DNA from: Octopus bimaculoides
Taxonomy: Eukaryota
Direction: 5' to 3'
Assembly (NCBI RefSeq): GCF_001194135.2
Contig: NC_069002.1
Coordinates: forward strand, 5,869,694 to 5,901,917
Length of the DNA: 32,224 nt
Below are positions 1 to 10,299 of this stretch, piece after piece. The notes under the pieces are model-generated. The model was not told where the DNA came from and searched no databases. It worked only from the letters and a program-made list of their open reading frames with translations. The position numbers were made by a program, and so were the translations under genes. Numbering within the stretch: position 1 is the first letter of the stretch; each line of letters opens with the position of its first letter.

Positions 1-160
1 TATAAATACACACGATGGGCTTCTGTCAGTCTTCATCTGCCAAATTCACTCGCAAGGCTTTTGTCAGCCCGAGGCTGTAGTAGAAGGCACAAGGTGCCAC
101 GTAGTGGAAATGAACCCGGAACCTTGTGGTTTGGAAGCAAGCTTCTCACCTCACAGCCAC
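1..160 (-). mobile_element. tRNA-derived SINE family A, 5' half
   Basis: Near-identical to 850-993 and to the reverse complement of 5556-5680. tRNA-like head with A box (TGGCTGTG.GGT) and B-box-like GGTTCA.T.CC on -. Confidence 0.8.
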
Positions 161-518
161 TATGTCTGTGTTTGCATGTACGTGACTTCGAAACAAAAAA
201 CTTTCACTCTGACTCCTCATCCTCGTTTAACATCCGCTTTCCATGCTAGCATGGGTTGGATGATTTGACTAAGGACTGGTGAAACCAGATGGCTACACCA
301 GGCTGCAATCTGATTTGGCAGAGTTTCTACAGCTGGATGCCGTTCCTAACTCCTCTTTATATAATTAAGTGATTGTGGTATACATATCTCATAAAGCATT
401 TGCATACGTTGTACTTTGAATAGGCCTCTATCTTATAACTTAGTTTATATTAAAGAATAAAGATTGGTCTTATATCTTATCAGTTGTAAAGTGATGCTAC
501 TGTCTTTTTCTTTTACAG

Positions 519-655
519 GACAGAATATTGTTTCGTTCACGACGTAAAAACATCATCATTTGTACTGATTATAACAGTGTCATGAACATCAATTTATCAG
601 ACCACAAACCTGTTTACGGAGTGTTTGAAGTTTCGCTGAGACCCGGAAGGGACAC
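519..655 (+). CDS. INPP5E: INPP5E (inositol polyphosphate 5-phosphatase E), internal exon, end of catalytic domain
   Basis: Acceptor ttttcttttacag, donor AC|gtgagt. The 137 nt translate to DRILFRSRRKNIIICTDYNSVMNINLSDHKPVYGVFEVSLRPGRD, containing the 5-phosphatase DR(I/V)L and SDH(K/R)PV motifs and matching the human INPP5E pattern DRVLY...SDHRPVYGLF.V.VRPGRD. Upstream exons lie outside the window. Confidence 0.93.
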
Positions 656-669
656 GTGAGTATTCTATT

Positions 670-993
670 CTCTTTCTCAGTCATTTGACTGCAGCCATGC
701 TGGAGCACCGCCTTTAGTCGAGAGAATCGACCCCCAAGGACTTATTCTTTCGGTCTCTTTTTGCTGAACCGCTAAGTTATGGGGACGTAAACACACCAGC
801 ATCGGTTGTCAAGCAATGGTGGGGGGGGGGACAAACACACCAATACATATATATACACACGATGGGCTTCTTTCAGTTTCCGTCTACCAAATCCACTCAC
901 AAGGCTTTGGTCAGCCTGAGGCTATAGTAGAATACAATTGTCCAAGGTGCCACGCAGTGGGATTGGTAAGCAAACTACTTACCACACAGCCAC
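670..993 (-). mobile_element. SINE family A with internal deletions
   Basis: cagtcatttgactgc...ggagcaccgcc...cttaccacacagccac, shared with 24762-25899 and 29870-30263. Confidence 0.85.
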
Positions 994-1223
994 TAAGATT
1001 TTAGATTATATTTTGGCGAGGAAATGGAGAAAGATTGTCACCTTTAAATTACACCATGACACATTGGATAATGTATTCTGATACTATACACCCATGAAAA
1101 TAAGACAGGATGCTGAGGTGCATGACTAGAATGCATTTAATTATAGGCTAGTTGGATCATGATCATCTTGTGAGTTAAATAATAATAATACAAAACATGA
1201 GATCTTCTAGCATTAATCTTTTA

Positions 1224-1343
1224 CTTGCCGTGCTGGGGCACCACCTAGAAGAGTTTTAATTGAACAAAACGCCAGGACTTATTTTTTTAAGCTTAGTACT
1301 TAGTAAACACTAAAACCAGTCGTCAAGCAGTAGCGGGGGACAT

Positions 1344-1386
<43 letters not shown>

Positions 1387-1860
1387 CAGTGAAACCTCAC
1401 AGTACGAGTTTAATTCATTCGATGACTGAGGTCGTCTTACGATTTACTCATTTTACAAATTAATCTTTCCCCATTGAAATTAACTAAAATACAATTAATC
1501 TGTTCCAGCCCTCCCCAAAAACCACTCAAAAATAATTTTTTATGGGTTTTAAAACAGAAAAGGTATAGTTACAAGTCAAATGCCAATTATAAAAAAGAGA
1601 ATGTAAAAGAAATATGTAAACTGGTTTTATTAACTGAATTTGTGTGCGCGTACAATGGAGCACTCGTACTGTGAGGTTCTACTGTATATATATGTATACA
1701 CATAATAGGTTTCTTTCAGTTTCCATCTACCAAATCCACCCCGCAAGGTTTTGACTGGTTCGAGGCTATAGTAGAAGACACTTGCCCAAGGGGGCAAGCA
1801 GTGGGACTGAACCCAGAACTATGTGGTTGGGAAGCAGGCTTCTTACCATACAGCCACACC
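1224..1860 (-). mobile_element. SINE family A interrupted by a MITE in its internal microsatellite
   Basis: Both family A halves (1224-1385 and 1685-1860) flank the MITE at 1387-1684. Confidence 0.75.
1387..1684. mobile_element. Tc1/pogo(Tigger)-like MITE
   Basis: 23-bp TIRs CAGTGAAACCTCACAGTACGAGT / ACTCGTACTGTGAGGTTCTACTG (2 mismatches), inserted in a TA-rich tract; non-coding interior. Confidence 0.8.
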
Positions 1861-1913
1861 TTGCACCTATGTTGAAGACATTAAATTTTGTTTCTTTTTC
1901 CAAATTTTTCTAG

Positions 1914-1960
1914 GATGGCATTGGCTGCTGGAAAATTCAACCGAGAAGTTTATATTGAAG
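1914..1960 (+). CDS. INPP5E: INPP5E penultimate coding exon
   Basis: tttttctag| 47 nt |gtaagt. Phase 2 in and phase 1 out fit both neighbours. Translates (T)MALAAGKFNREVYIE, compared with human IPLAAGKFDRELYL. Confidence 0.92.
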
Positions 1961-2188
1961 GTAAGTGTTTAAACTAAAGCTGTTATCTATGTACAAAGGT
2001 GTGGTTCCAAGATAAAGACCACATGAGGCATGAATCCTGACCAGGCATGCCACACTACTAAAGAAATTCAAGATAATTTTTCATTAGGTGTGCCATTCAG
2101 AAAGTGCCACAGGACATAGTTTGCCCATGGCTCTTCTATGCAGTCATTTAAACTGCTGTAATAATATTAATACCAGAACTGGCTCTCA

Positions 2189-2350
2189 GATGCTTGAGTG
2201 TCGAGTATTTTCTGCGATACTCAACACTACTACAGCTGTGCATATACACACACACATACATGCATAGGGTTTAGAGATTGATGCTTGAGTGTCGAGTATT
2301 TTCCACGATACTTGGTACTGCTACAGCTGTGCATACATACACATGCATAA
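2189..2350. repeat. 91-bp tandem duplication carrying a 12-bp inverted repeat
   Basis: gatgcttgagtgtcgagtatttt starts at both 2189 and 2280; each copy has AGTGTCGAGTAT, an 8-nt loop, and a complementary arm. Confidence 0.85.
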
Positions 2351-2542
2351 ACACATAAGCCAGGCAGCTGGGAAAAAATCGAAGAAATAAAACGCATTTT
2401 ACAGGAATCACCAAACAAATACTTTCGGTTTTGATGTACTTTCTCTGAAAGATCACCAAAACTCAACTGTTGTTCCCTCATGCAGATGACGTCCATAACT
2501 AAAAATGTTCTAACAGTTTCAAATTTTTGTGTGTCTTTACAG

Positions 2543-2619
2543 CAAACCGTCGTCGAGCTGAAAACCAGTTTGGTCAACCAGTGAATGACAAGTCCAGTTC
2601 CGTCTGTGCTATACAGTAA
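2543..2619 (+). CDS. INPP5E: INPP5E terminal coding exon with CaaX prenylation motif
   Basis: gtgtctttacag| then (A)NRRRAENQFGQPVNDKSSSVCAIQ-TAA. Phase is compatible and CAIQ parallels the human C-terminal S.CSVS. Confidence 0.9.
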
Positions 2620-3033
2620 TTCTCTGGAGAAGCAACATTCTCTACCAAACTGTATTGAACCGTAATTGAACCAATCATGACGTGAAAGTTTCCAACTCCG
2701 GGTATATTTAATCTGACCAGTAACACACACACCTTAAGTTATTAGATAAAAAAAGAAAAAAAAAAAAAAAAAAAAAAGACATTCATTTCGTCATCTCACA
2801 AAATGTATTTCTTTCACTATTTTGTAATTGTCTGTTAAAGGGGTGGAAGGATGGACAGTGGTGATGGTAGGAGGGGAAATTTTGACTCCTGAAGAAAGAA
2901 GAAGAAAAAATAATTTTTCAAAAAATTGATTTTCTTCCTGAGTTTTAATTTGTCGAGTGAGTAACTTAATCTAAGACTGTGTTCATACTGAAGCACTTAT
3001 ATTGTGGAAGAGTCTTTCTTATTTATTTCTTTA

Positions 3034-3233
3034 CTGCCCACAAGGGGCTAAACACAGAGGGGACAAACGGATTAAGTCAATTATGTCGACCCCAGTGTGT
3101 AACTGGTACTTATTTAATCGACCCCGAAAGGATGAAAGGCAAAGTCGACCTCAGCGGAATTTGAACTTAGAACGTAACAGCAGACGAAATACCGCTAAGC
3201 ATTTCGCCAGGCGTGCTAACGTTTCTGCCAGCT
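3034..3233 (-). mobile_element. tRNA-derived SINE family B
   Basis: aactggtactta...aaaggcaaagtcgacctc.gcggaatttgaact...gctaagcattt, repeated many times in the window. B box GTTC(A)AATTCC on -. Confidence 0.85.
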
Positions 3234-4024
3234 TTCTATAACACACAAAGCTGTTAAATGCATTTGAAGTTTAGCATATAAGACACGTCTCAAACCCGCT
3301 GAAATGGTTCCTGCACCACTGCCGTGTCACACTGGATGTATGAGAAGGCACACTGTCTTGTGTGGACATGTAATTATCTCCAGATGTTTCGGTCACCCAT
3401 GGTCAAACATTATCCTCCAACATTTTCATGTAAATTGCTGAAGTGACCTTTGTCTCTTTTTTAAAGAACACCAGAGATTTTCCCCCATTGGATGACACTG
3501 CCACCCAAACCATCACTCCAGTAGACTTTATTCGGTAAAATACCTAATGGGTGCCTTCGAGAACATCATCCAGCCTTGTGGCCAAGGCCAAGATGTGTGG
3601 TTAAGAAATTTGCTTTCAGCCAAGTATTTTTGATTTTAATTGTGTATGACCTCCTTGGCTAAGCGTTGTGCTGACGTTGTATTTTTAAGAGAAATTGAGT
3701 AGAAACTGTGCATCAAGTGAGCTAGAATGGAGACAAGCAGTTAGTTAGTTTGTTCACAGGCATGCCCCTCACCAAGTGGGGGTACTGGACAGCACTGCCC
3801 CCTCAGATTTACAGTGATACACTTATTTCGAAATTCCACTTTAGCATTATTACAAACTAGTGCCCACCCAGAAATATTCTGAAGCACCCAGCTAGCCAAC
3901 AGGTCTGTTCAGAGGAACTGCACCCAATGAGGTAGTCAGAGACAAGGTAGCGAGAGGAGACAACTATAAAAGGTAAAAAAAACTGAAAAAGAAGACTCGA
4001 CACTGAAGGCATTTACAAATAGAT

Positions 4025-4030
4025 TTTACT
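4025..4030 (-). terminator. Putative ATP5F1E polyadenylation signal (AGTAAA variant)
   Basis: AGTAAA lies about 72 nt after the stop, followed about 35 nt further on by a U-rich tract (tcttctttttcagttttttttt on -). Confidence 0.4.
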
Positions 4031-4101
4031 TAATTATAGAGTTCAAGGAAGTAAAAGGTGCCAATGTGTACATAGTACATGGCTACTATGTTGTTATGGT
4101 T

Positions 4102-4124
4102 TCATGATTTCTCTGCTGCAACTT
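4102..4124 (-). CDS. ATP5F1E: ATP synthase F1 subunit epsilon, terminal coding exon
   Basis: Strong acceptor ttttcttttctcttttcctatttttcag|AA GTT GCA GCA GAG AAA TCA TGA = (K)VAAEKS*. Phase fits exon 2; the joined CDS is 186 nt = 61 aa + stop. Confidence 0.8.
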
Positions 4125-4716
4125 CTGAAAAATAGGAAAAGAGAAAAGAAAATATGTATATAAATATATTGCAACACAGTTACTTTGGGGCTACACTGGC
4201 ATGGGATCTACAAGAGAGATTAATTCAGATTATTCTAAAAATTATTTTGTAATTACTTAGCATTGTAAATGCATTTTTAAAAAAAATTCTTACTGTTTTA
4301 ATAATGAGAAAACCATATAATAATTAAAATAAATGCGTAGATCACGGAGCATAGTAAATTTGCTCATGTAGATCTCATGGAAAGTAGTACTAGCACGAAC
4401 TAAAACTAAAAAGTAATCTCTCTTTAAATTGGAGATCAAATAGCAAAGTGGCACCTTTCTCTTTCTTAAGAAATGATGTGAATTTAGTGCTGGTTTCTTG
4501 TAGAAAATGCAACTGCCTTTGTCTTGTCACTGATCACATTGGAAAAATCTTTAACCAACATCTTACAGGTTTTTAGGAATTGAAAAGTAATTTCCCTTGT
4601 AGATCACATGCCAAAGTGTCACCGTTACTTTTCCTTGACAGGCTTTGCTCTGCTGAATATTGATTTCAAATTTTGGCACAAGGCCAGCAATTTCGAAGGA
4701 TGGAGTAAGTCGATTA

Positions 4717-5060
4717 CACTTCCGCTGTTTATAGCAGTGCTTGGAAGGAAGGTGTGTAGCATGTGATCGTCCCATTGACCATGACTGAGAAAGTTGTCGT
4801 GGCAATACCTGCTCAGAGGCCTATGCAAAGTTGCAGAAAGTGTATGGAGAGGAGTGTATGAGCTGCACACAAGTGTACGAATGGTTCAGACATTTCCAAG
4901 ATGGCTGAAAAAAATGTCAATACTGATGAACGTTCTGGGAGACCTACAACCAGCAGAACTGAGAAAAACATTGCAGCTGTGAGGGGAAATCGTTGAATCA
5001 ACATCCTTGAGTTATCAGAGGATGTGCAGATTAGTCCTGGTTCAGTTCAGTCCGTTATCT
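4717..5060 (+). mobile_element. Decayed mariner transposase fragment (5' UTR plus HTH region)
   Basis: Translates, with stops and a frameshift, to GNTCSEAYAKLQKVYGEECMSCTQVYEWFRHFQDG*...DERSGRPTTS...ELSEDVQIS.GSVQSVI, the mariner N-terminal HTH and RSGRP signature. Confidence 0.9.
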
Positions 5061-5305
5061 TCATATTTCAAGAAACTAATATACAACAATATTATCAAAC
5101 CATTATGCAAAAGGTACAAAATTTAAACTTTACTTAAAATCAATAAAATTTCTTCCTTCTCGGTACAACAAAATTATTTCTACACCCATTACTTTAAAAA
5201 ACAAATTTTTTTAACTACCTCAACTTAAATATCAACCAACCTATTTTAACAAACCAATAAATATACATTTAATTAAGTCATTGGACTGTGGTCACGGTGG
5301 ACTAT

Positions 5306-5555
5306 GTATCCGGACTGTTGCCATAGAAACGATGCTAAAGCACACAGAGTGAAGCCACTTGGCAAAGATTGACCTTGAGCTCTGCTGTGCATGCATACTA
5401 AGTTTTAACGTTCTAGCTCACTTCTGCTGTTTACAGCAGTGCTTGGAAGGAATGTGTCTACTAAGTTTGTGCCGAAACTGCTTTCAGGTGGCCAAGAAGA
5501 CACGCAGGTTTCAGTTGCACAAGATAGCCTTGATATTGTCGAGAACAATGACAAC
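5306..5555 (+). mobile_element. Internally deleted mariner fragment
   Basis: 5' UTR about 88% identical to the reverse complement of 6250-6412, fused to KFVPKLLSGGQEDTQVSVAQDSLDIVEN (the WVPHEL-equivalent linker). Confidence 0.8.
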
Positions 5556-6150
5556 CAACTACATGGTTCCGGGTTCAGTCCCACTGCATGGCACTTTGGG
5601 CAAGTGTCTTCTACTATAGCCTCGGGCCAACCAAAGCCTTGTGAATGGATTTGGTAGACGGAAACTGAAAGAAACCCATCGTATATATGTATGTGTGTGT
5701 ATATGTTTGTGTGTTNNNNNNNNNNNNNNNNNNNNNNNNNNNNNNNNNNNNNNNNNNNNNNNNNNNNNNNNNNNNNNNNNNNNNNNNNNNNNNNNNNNNN
5801 NNNNNNNNNNNNNNNNNNNNNNNNNNNNNNNNNNNNNNNNNNNNNNNNNNNNNNNNNNNNNNNNNNNNNNNNNNNNNNNNNNNNNNNNNNNNNNNNNNNN
5901 NNNNNNNNNNNNNNNNNNNNNNNNNNNNNNNNNNNNNNNNNNNNNNATGTGTGTTTGTCCCCCCCACCATCGCTTGACAACCGATGCTGGGGTGTTTACG
6001 TCCCCGTAACTTAGCAGTTTGGCAAAAAGAAACCGATAGAATAAGTACTAGGCTTACAAAGAATAAGTCCTGGGGTCGATATACTCAACCAAAAGCGGTG
6101 CTCCAGCATGGCCACAGTCAAATGACTGAAACAAGTAAAAGAGTAAAAAG
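5556..6150 (+). mobile_element. SINE family A spanning an assembly gap
   Basis: catggttccgggttcagtcccactg...cagtcaaatgactgaaacaagtaaaaga; the internal (TA/TG)n tract contains the N gap 5716-5946. Confidence 0.85.
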
Positions 6151-6152
6151 AA

Positions 6153-6420
6153 AGAGGCCTCTGAGCAGGTATCGCCAAGCTTTTGGCAAACTTTGATGCA
6201 GATTCTCTGCTCAACTTCCTCTGTCCCGTCAATGCGACAATTACACGCTACACACCTTCCTTCCAAGCACTGCTGCAGTAAACAGCGGAAGTGAGCTAGA
6301 ACGTTAAAACTTACTACACATGCACAGCAGAGTTCAAGATAAACGTGTGCCAAGTGGCTTCACTCTGTGTGCTTTAGCATCGTTACTATGGCAGCTGTCC
6401 GGATACTTATTGATCAGACT
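6153..6420 (-). mobile_element. Mariner 5' end fragment with partial TIR
   Basis: Minus strand agtctgatcaataagtatccggac (TIR-like), then TEEVEQRICIKVCQKLGDTCSEA, the mariner transposase N-terminus. Confidence 0.85.
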
Positions 6421-6450
6421 ACTTATAGGGCTATGTACCTCAGCATGTGG

Positions 6451-6823
6451 GTGGAGGCACAATGGCCCAGTGGTTAGGGCAGCGGACTCGCGGTCATAGG
6501 ATCACGGTTTCGATTCCCAGATCGGGCGTTGTGAGTGTTTATTGAGCGAAAACACCTAAAGCTCCACAAGACTCCAGCAGGGGCTGGTGGTGAACCCTGC
6601 TGTACTCTTTCACCACAACTTTCTCTCACTCTTACTTCGTGTTTCTGTTGTGCCTGTAATTCAAAGGGTCAGCCTTGTCACACTGTGTCACGCTGAATAT
6701 CCCCGAGAACTACGTTAAGGGTATACGTGTCTGTGGAGTGCTCAACCACTTGCACGTTAATTTCACAAGCAGGCTGTTCCGTTGATTGGATCAACTGGAA
6801 CCCTCGACGGAGTGCCAACAACC
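6451..6823 (+). mobile_element. Full-length tRNA-derived SINE family C with 14-bp TSD
   Basis: Head ggcacaatggcccagtggttagggcagcggactcgc...ggtttcgattccc (A and B boxes), short caa tail, and perfect direct repeats ACCTCAGCATGTGG at 6437-6450 and 6824-6837. Confidence 0.9.
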
Positions 6824-6937
6824 ACCTCAGCATGTGGTACATAGTCCACCGTGACCACAGTCCAATGAATGAATCCAGGAAATGAAAGAATACTCTACCA
6901 AGCACAGCCATAGACCGAAGGAAAGAAAATAACTTAC

Positions 6938-7068
6938 TGACTGGTTTTCCTCCTTCCCATCGTGTAGCCTTTACAAATGCCGCAGACTGCTTCTCAGCCG
7001 CTGCTCTCGGTGCTGGGTGGAGACAAGATCGCACAACTTTGGCACAGATTGATGAAAACTGCACATAA
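6938..7068 (-). CDS. ATP5F1E: ATP synthase F1 subunit epsilon, coding exon 2
   Basis: Poly-T acceptor ttttag|, 131 nt, donor A|gtaagt. Translates YVQFSSICAKVVRSCLHPAPRAAAEKQSAAFVKATRWEGGKPV, compared with human YIRYSQICAKAVR and Drosophila stunted VKFTPWANGKP. Confidence 0.93.
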
Positions 7069-8244
7069 CTAAAAAAAAAAAATTTTTTTTTTTAAATTAC
7101 AAGACAATGTAAGTTCTTAAAAATTAAACTTTTTTTTTTCTAAAGTATTATTCAAACATTCACAAATTGGTAATAATGCCACACTTTGGTTTCCAATGAG
7201 ATAATTATTATTTTTTTTTTAATCATTAACTCCATTACATCATCATCGTTTTTCCCATGCTGGCATGGGGTGGATGAGTTTTTAGAGGTCAAAATGTCCT
7301 TCTTGTCACTAATTGTTCAAATGGACCTGGACAAGATTTGAACTCGNNNNNNNNNNNNNNNNNNNNNNNNNNNNNNNNNNNNNNNNNNNNNNNNNNNNNN
7401 NNNNNNNNNNNNNNNNNNNNNNNNNNNNNNNNNNNNNNNNNNNNNNNNNNNNNNNNNNNNNNNNNNNNNNNNNNNNNNNNNNNNNNNNNNNNNNNNNNNN
7501 NNNNNNNNNNNNNNNNNNNNNNNNNNNNNNNNNNNNNNNNNNNNNNNNNNNNNNNNNNNNNNNNNNNNNNNNNNNNNNNNNNNNNNNNNNNNNNNNNNNN
7601 NNNNNNNNNNNNNNNNNNNNNNNNNNNNNNNNNNNNNNNNNNNNNNNNNNNNNNNNNNNNNNNNNNNNNNNNNNNNNNNNNNNNNNNNNNNNNNNNNNNN
7701 NNNNNNNNNNNNNNNNNNNNNNNNNNNNNNNNNNNNNNNNNNNNNNNNNNNNNNNNNNNNNNNNNNNNNNNNNNNNNNNNNNNNNNNNNNNNNNNNNNNN
7801 NNNNNNNNNNNNNNNNNNNNNNNNNNNNNNNNNNNNNNNNNNNNNNNNNNNNNNNNNNNNNNNNNNNNNNNNNNNNNNNNNNNNNNNNNNNNNNNNNNNN
7901 NNNNNNNNNNNNNNNNNNNNNNNNNNNNNNNNNNNNNNNNNNNNNNNNNNNNNNNNNNNNNNNNNNNNNNNNNNNNNNNNNNNNNNNNNNNNNNNNNNNN
8001 NNNNNNNNNNNNNNNNNNNNNNNNNNNNNNNNNNNNNNNNNNNNNNNNNNNNNNNNNNNNNNNNNNNNNNNNNNNNNNNNNNNNNNNNNNNNNNNNNNNN
8101 NNNNNNNNNNNNNNNNNNNNNNNNNNNNNNNNNNNNNNNNNNNNNNNNNNNNNNNNNNNNNNNNNNNNNGCTAAGCATCTCGGTCGGCATGCTAAAAACT
8201 CTGCCAGCTCGCCAACTTGGATAGAATAAATAATGCAATATTCT

Positions 8245-8503
8245 CCTGGCCTCTTTTGCTTAGCTGCTAAGTAATAGGGATGCAAACATACCAACACCAG
8301 TTGTCAAGCAGTGGTGGGGGATAAATATATACATATATTCGACCTTCTTTCAGTTTCCTTCAACCAAACCTCACAAGGCTTTAGTCAGCATGTGGACATA
8401 TGGCTATAGAAGAAGACACTTGTCCAAGGTGTCAGGCACTGGGACTGAACCCAGAACCATGTGGTTGAGAAGCAAGCTTCTTACCACACAGCCACGCCTG
8501 CAC
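8245..8503 (-). mobile_element. SINE family A (diverged)
   Basis: Same blocks as 670-993. Confidence 0.75.
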
Positions 8504-8734
8504 CTTTATATACACACATATTCATGCTTATATATCCATATTTTGACATCATGTGATGATTGTAAATGAGGATCACTGTCCTACAAGTGGTGTTGTTTGT
8601 TTCCAGTCTCCCATAAGGAAATATTACACTTCTCGGTAACAGGTAAGGGTAAGTGACAGGAAGAGCATCTGGATTTAGAAAATCTGCCTCGATACACTCC
8701 ATCAGACTCATGCAAACTTGGAAAAGTGGACGTT

Positions 8735-8860
8735 AAACAATAACTGGTACTTATTTTTCCAACCCCGAAAGGATGAAAGGCAACGCCGACCTCGGAGGAA
8801 TTTCAGATCGTGGAGACGGACAAAAATACAGCTAAGCATTTCGACCGGCGTGCTAATAAT
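8735..8860 (-). mobile_element. SINE family B, partial
   Basis: aactggtacttat...gaaaggatgaaaggcaa...gctaagcatttcg. Confidence 0.75.
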
Positions 8861-9489
8861 GATGTCAAATGTTTTGGTGCGTGACTTTTGGCTTATCCTG
8901 TATAATTCCTACATTTTTAAAGAAGTCTTTCAGACGTGTTAATTATTCTGTGTAAACATTGAGAACAAGTGATAAGTGATACCGAAATTACGTAACAAAA
9001 GGTTTCTGTTGAGGAATTAAAACCGAAAGAGTTTTGTTACTTTTTGTTTTTCAGTAACATTTTAATAAAATAAAAGAAAAAAAAACATTGAATTTCTGCA
9101 TAAGAACATTTAGTAGCGAAAAGAGAAAAGCAACTAATTTTCTTCTTTATATCACAGACAAGGGAGGCAGTCAAGGTGATAGAGAATATACGGTTTGTGT
9201 ATGTGTGAGGTCAATCCATGCTCTCGTTAAAAGCGGTCCATCCGCGACTATCTTGTCTATTTTTCAGACATACTTTACCTAAATTACAACATCCAATGTT
9301 GTTGACACTTTTTCTTAAGACAGCATAGTATGATCTGAAGGAAGTCTACATGCTATTTCTTGCCATATTTGTATATTTTCTTTAATTTGTAGCTCTCTAT
9401 CAACTTCATGCACAACCTACAGTTACGTTTTTAATCTACCCGAAACTGATAAAATTAGAACAAGTATATATAATAATAATAATAATAAT

Positions 9490-9690
9490 GCTTTCAAATT
9501 TTAGAACAATGCCAACAATTTTGGGGGTAGGAGGGATTAAATCGATTATATCGACTCCTAGTGCTTGAACTGGTACTTATTTTATCGCTCCAGACAGGAT
9601 GAAAGGCAAAGTCGACCTCGGCGGAATTTGAACTCGGAACGTAAATGCGGACGAAATCCCGCTAAGCATTTTGCCCCAGCGTGCTAATTA
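9490..9690 (-). mobile_element. SINE family B
   Basis: ttcaaattttag...aaggcaaagtcgacctcggcggaatttgaactc...gctaagcatttt, with an (AAT)n tail to the left. Confidence 0.85.
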
Positions 9691-10299
9691 CCACCAATAA
9701 TAATGATAATAAATAACAGCAACAATTAATGTAGACCTCAATTAGCCAGGCAGAAGTCGACCGTGTGTCTCGTCAAAAGAAATCATTGCGTGTGTCCTGT
9801 CCTTGGAAGTGAAAAGGCAAAGTGAAGACTTTACTACCGAACAGGGCAAAATATTACAAGGAGCTTCGATAATAATGAAAATTATTATAAACACAGCGTC
9901 GTGTATAATATACCAGAACAGGTATTTTAATACAAATGGCTAAATATATATTCATTCTTTCACCTTTTGCTTAACGATGTAATTGCATGTCAGAGATACA
10001 CCTTCGTTTCACATACATAATTGAATGCCTCTAAAACAATTAAGCACGACCTTCTTCCACTGAAATTTGGCAATTTTAAAGAATTACACCGAGTAGGGGT
10101 TAAATATGTATTACATTAAAAAGAACTGGTATATTTCTCTAAAGATATCCTCGACGTGAACCTAAATAAAAAACAGGACAAGGGTTTTTCGCTTCAGCCT
10201 GTCTCTTCTTCTGCTTATATTATATTCGTTCTGCATATTTTAAACACTGGATAAAAGCAATGGTGTTGTGATATTAATGAAATAAACGAAATAGCTTAC

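Noticed and set aside
4568-4650. Alternative ATP5F1E exon (acceptor atattcag, donor CCT|gtaaga)
   Set aside because: The acceptor abuts a SINE fragment and lacks a pyrimidine tract; the peptide has no supporting similarity.
6451-6525. tRNA gene
   Set aside because: A and B boxes are present, but it continues into a 300-bp body with a tail and TSD, so it is a SINE head.
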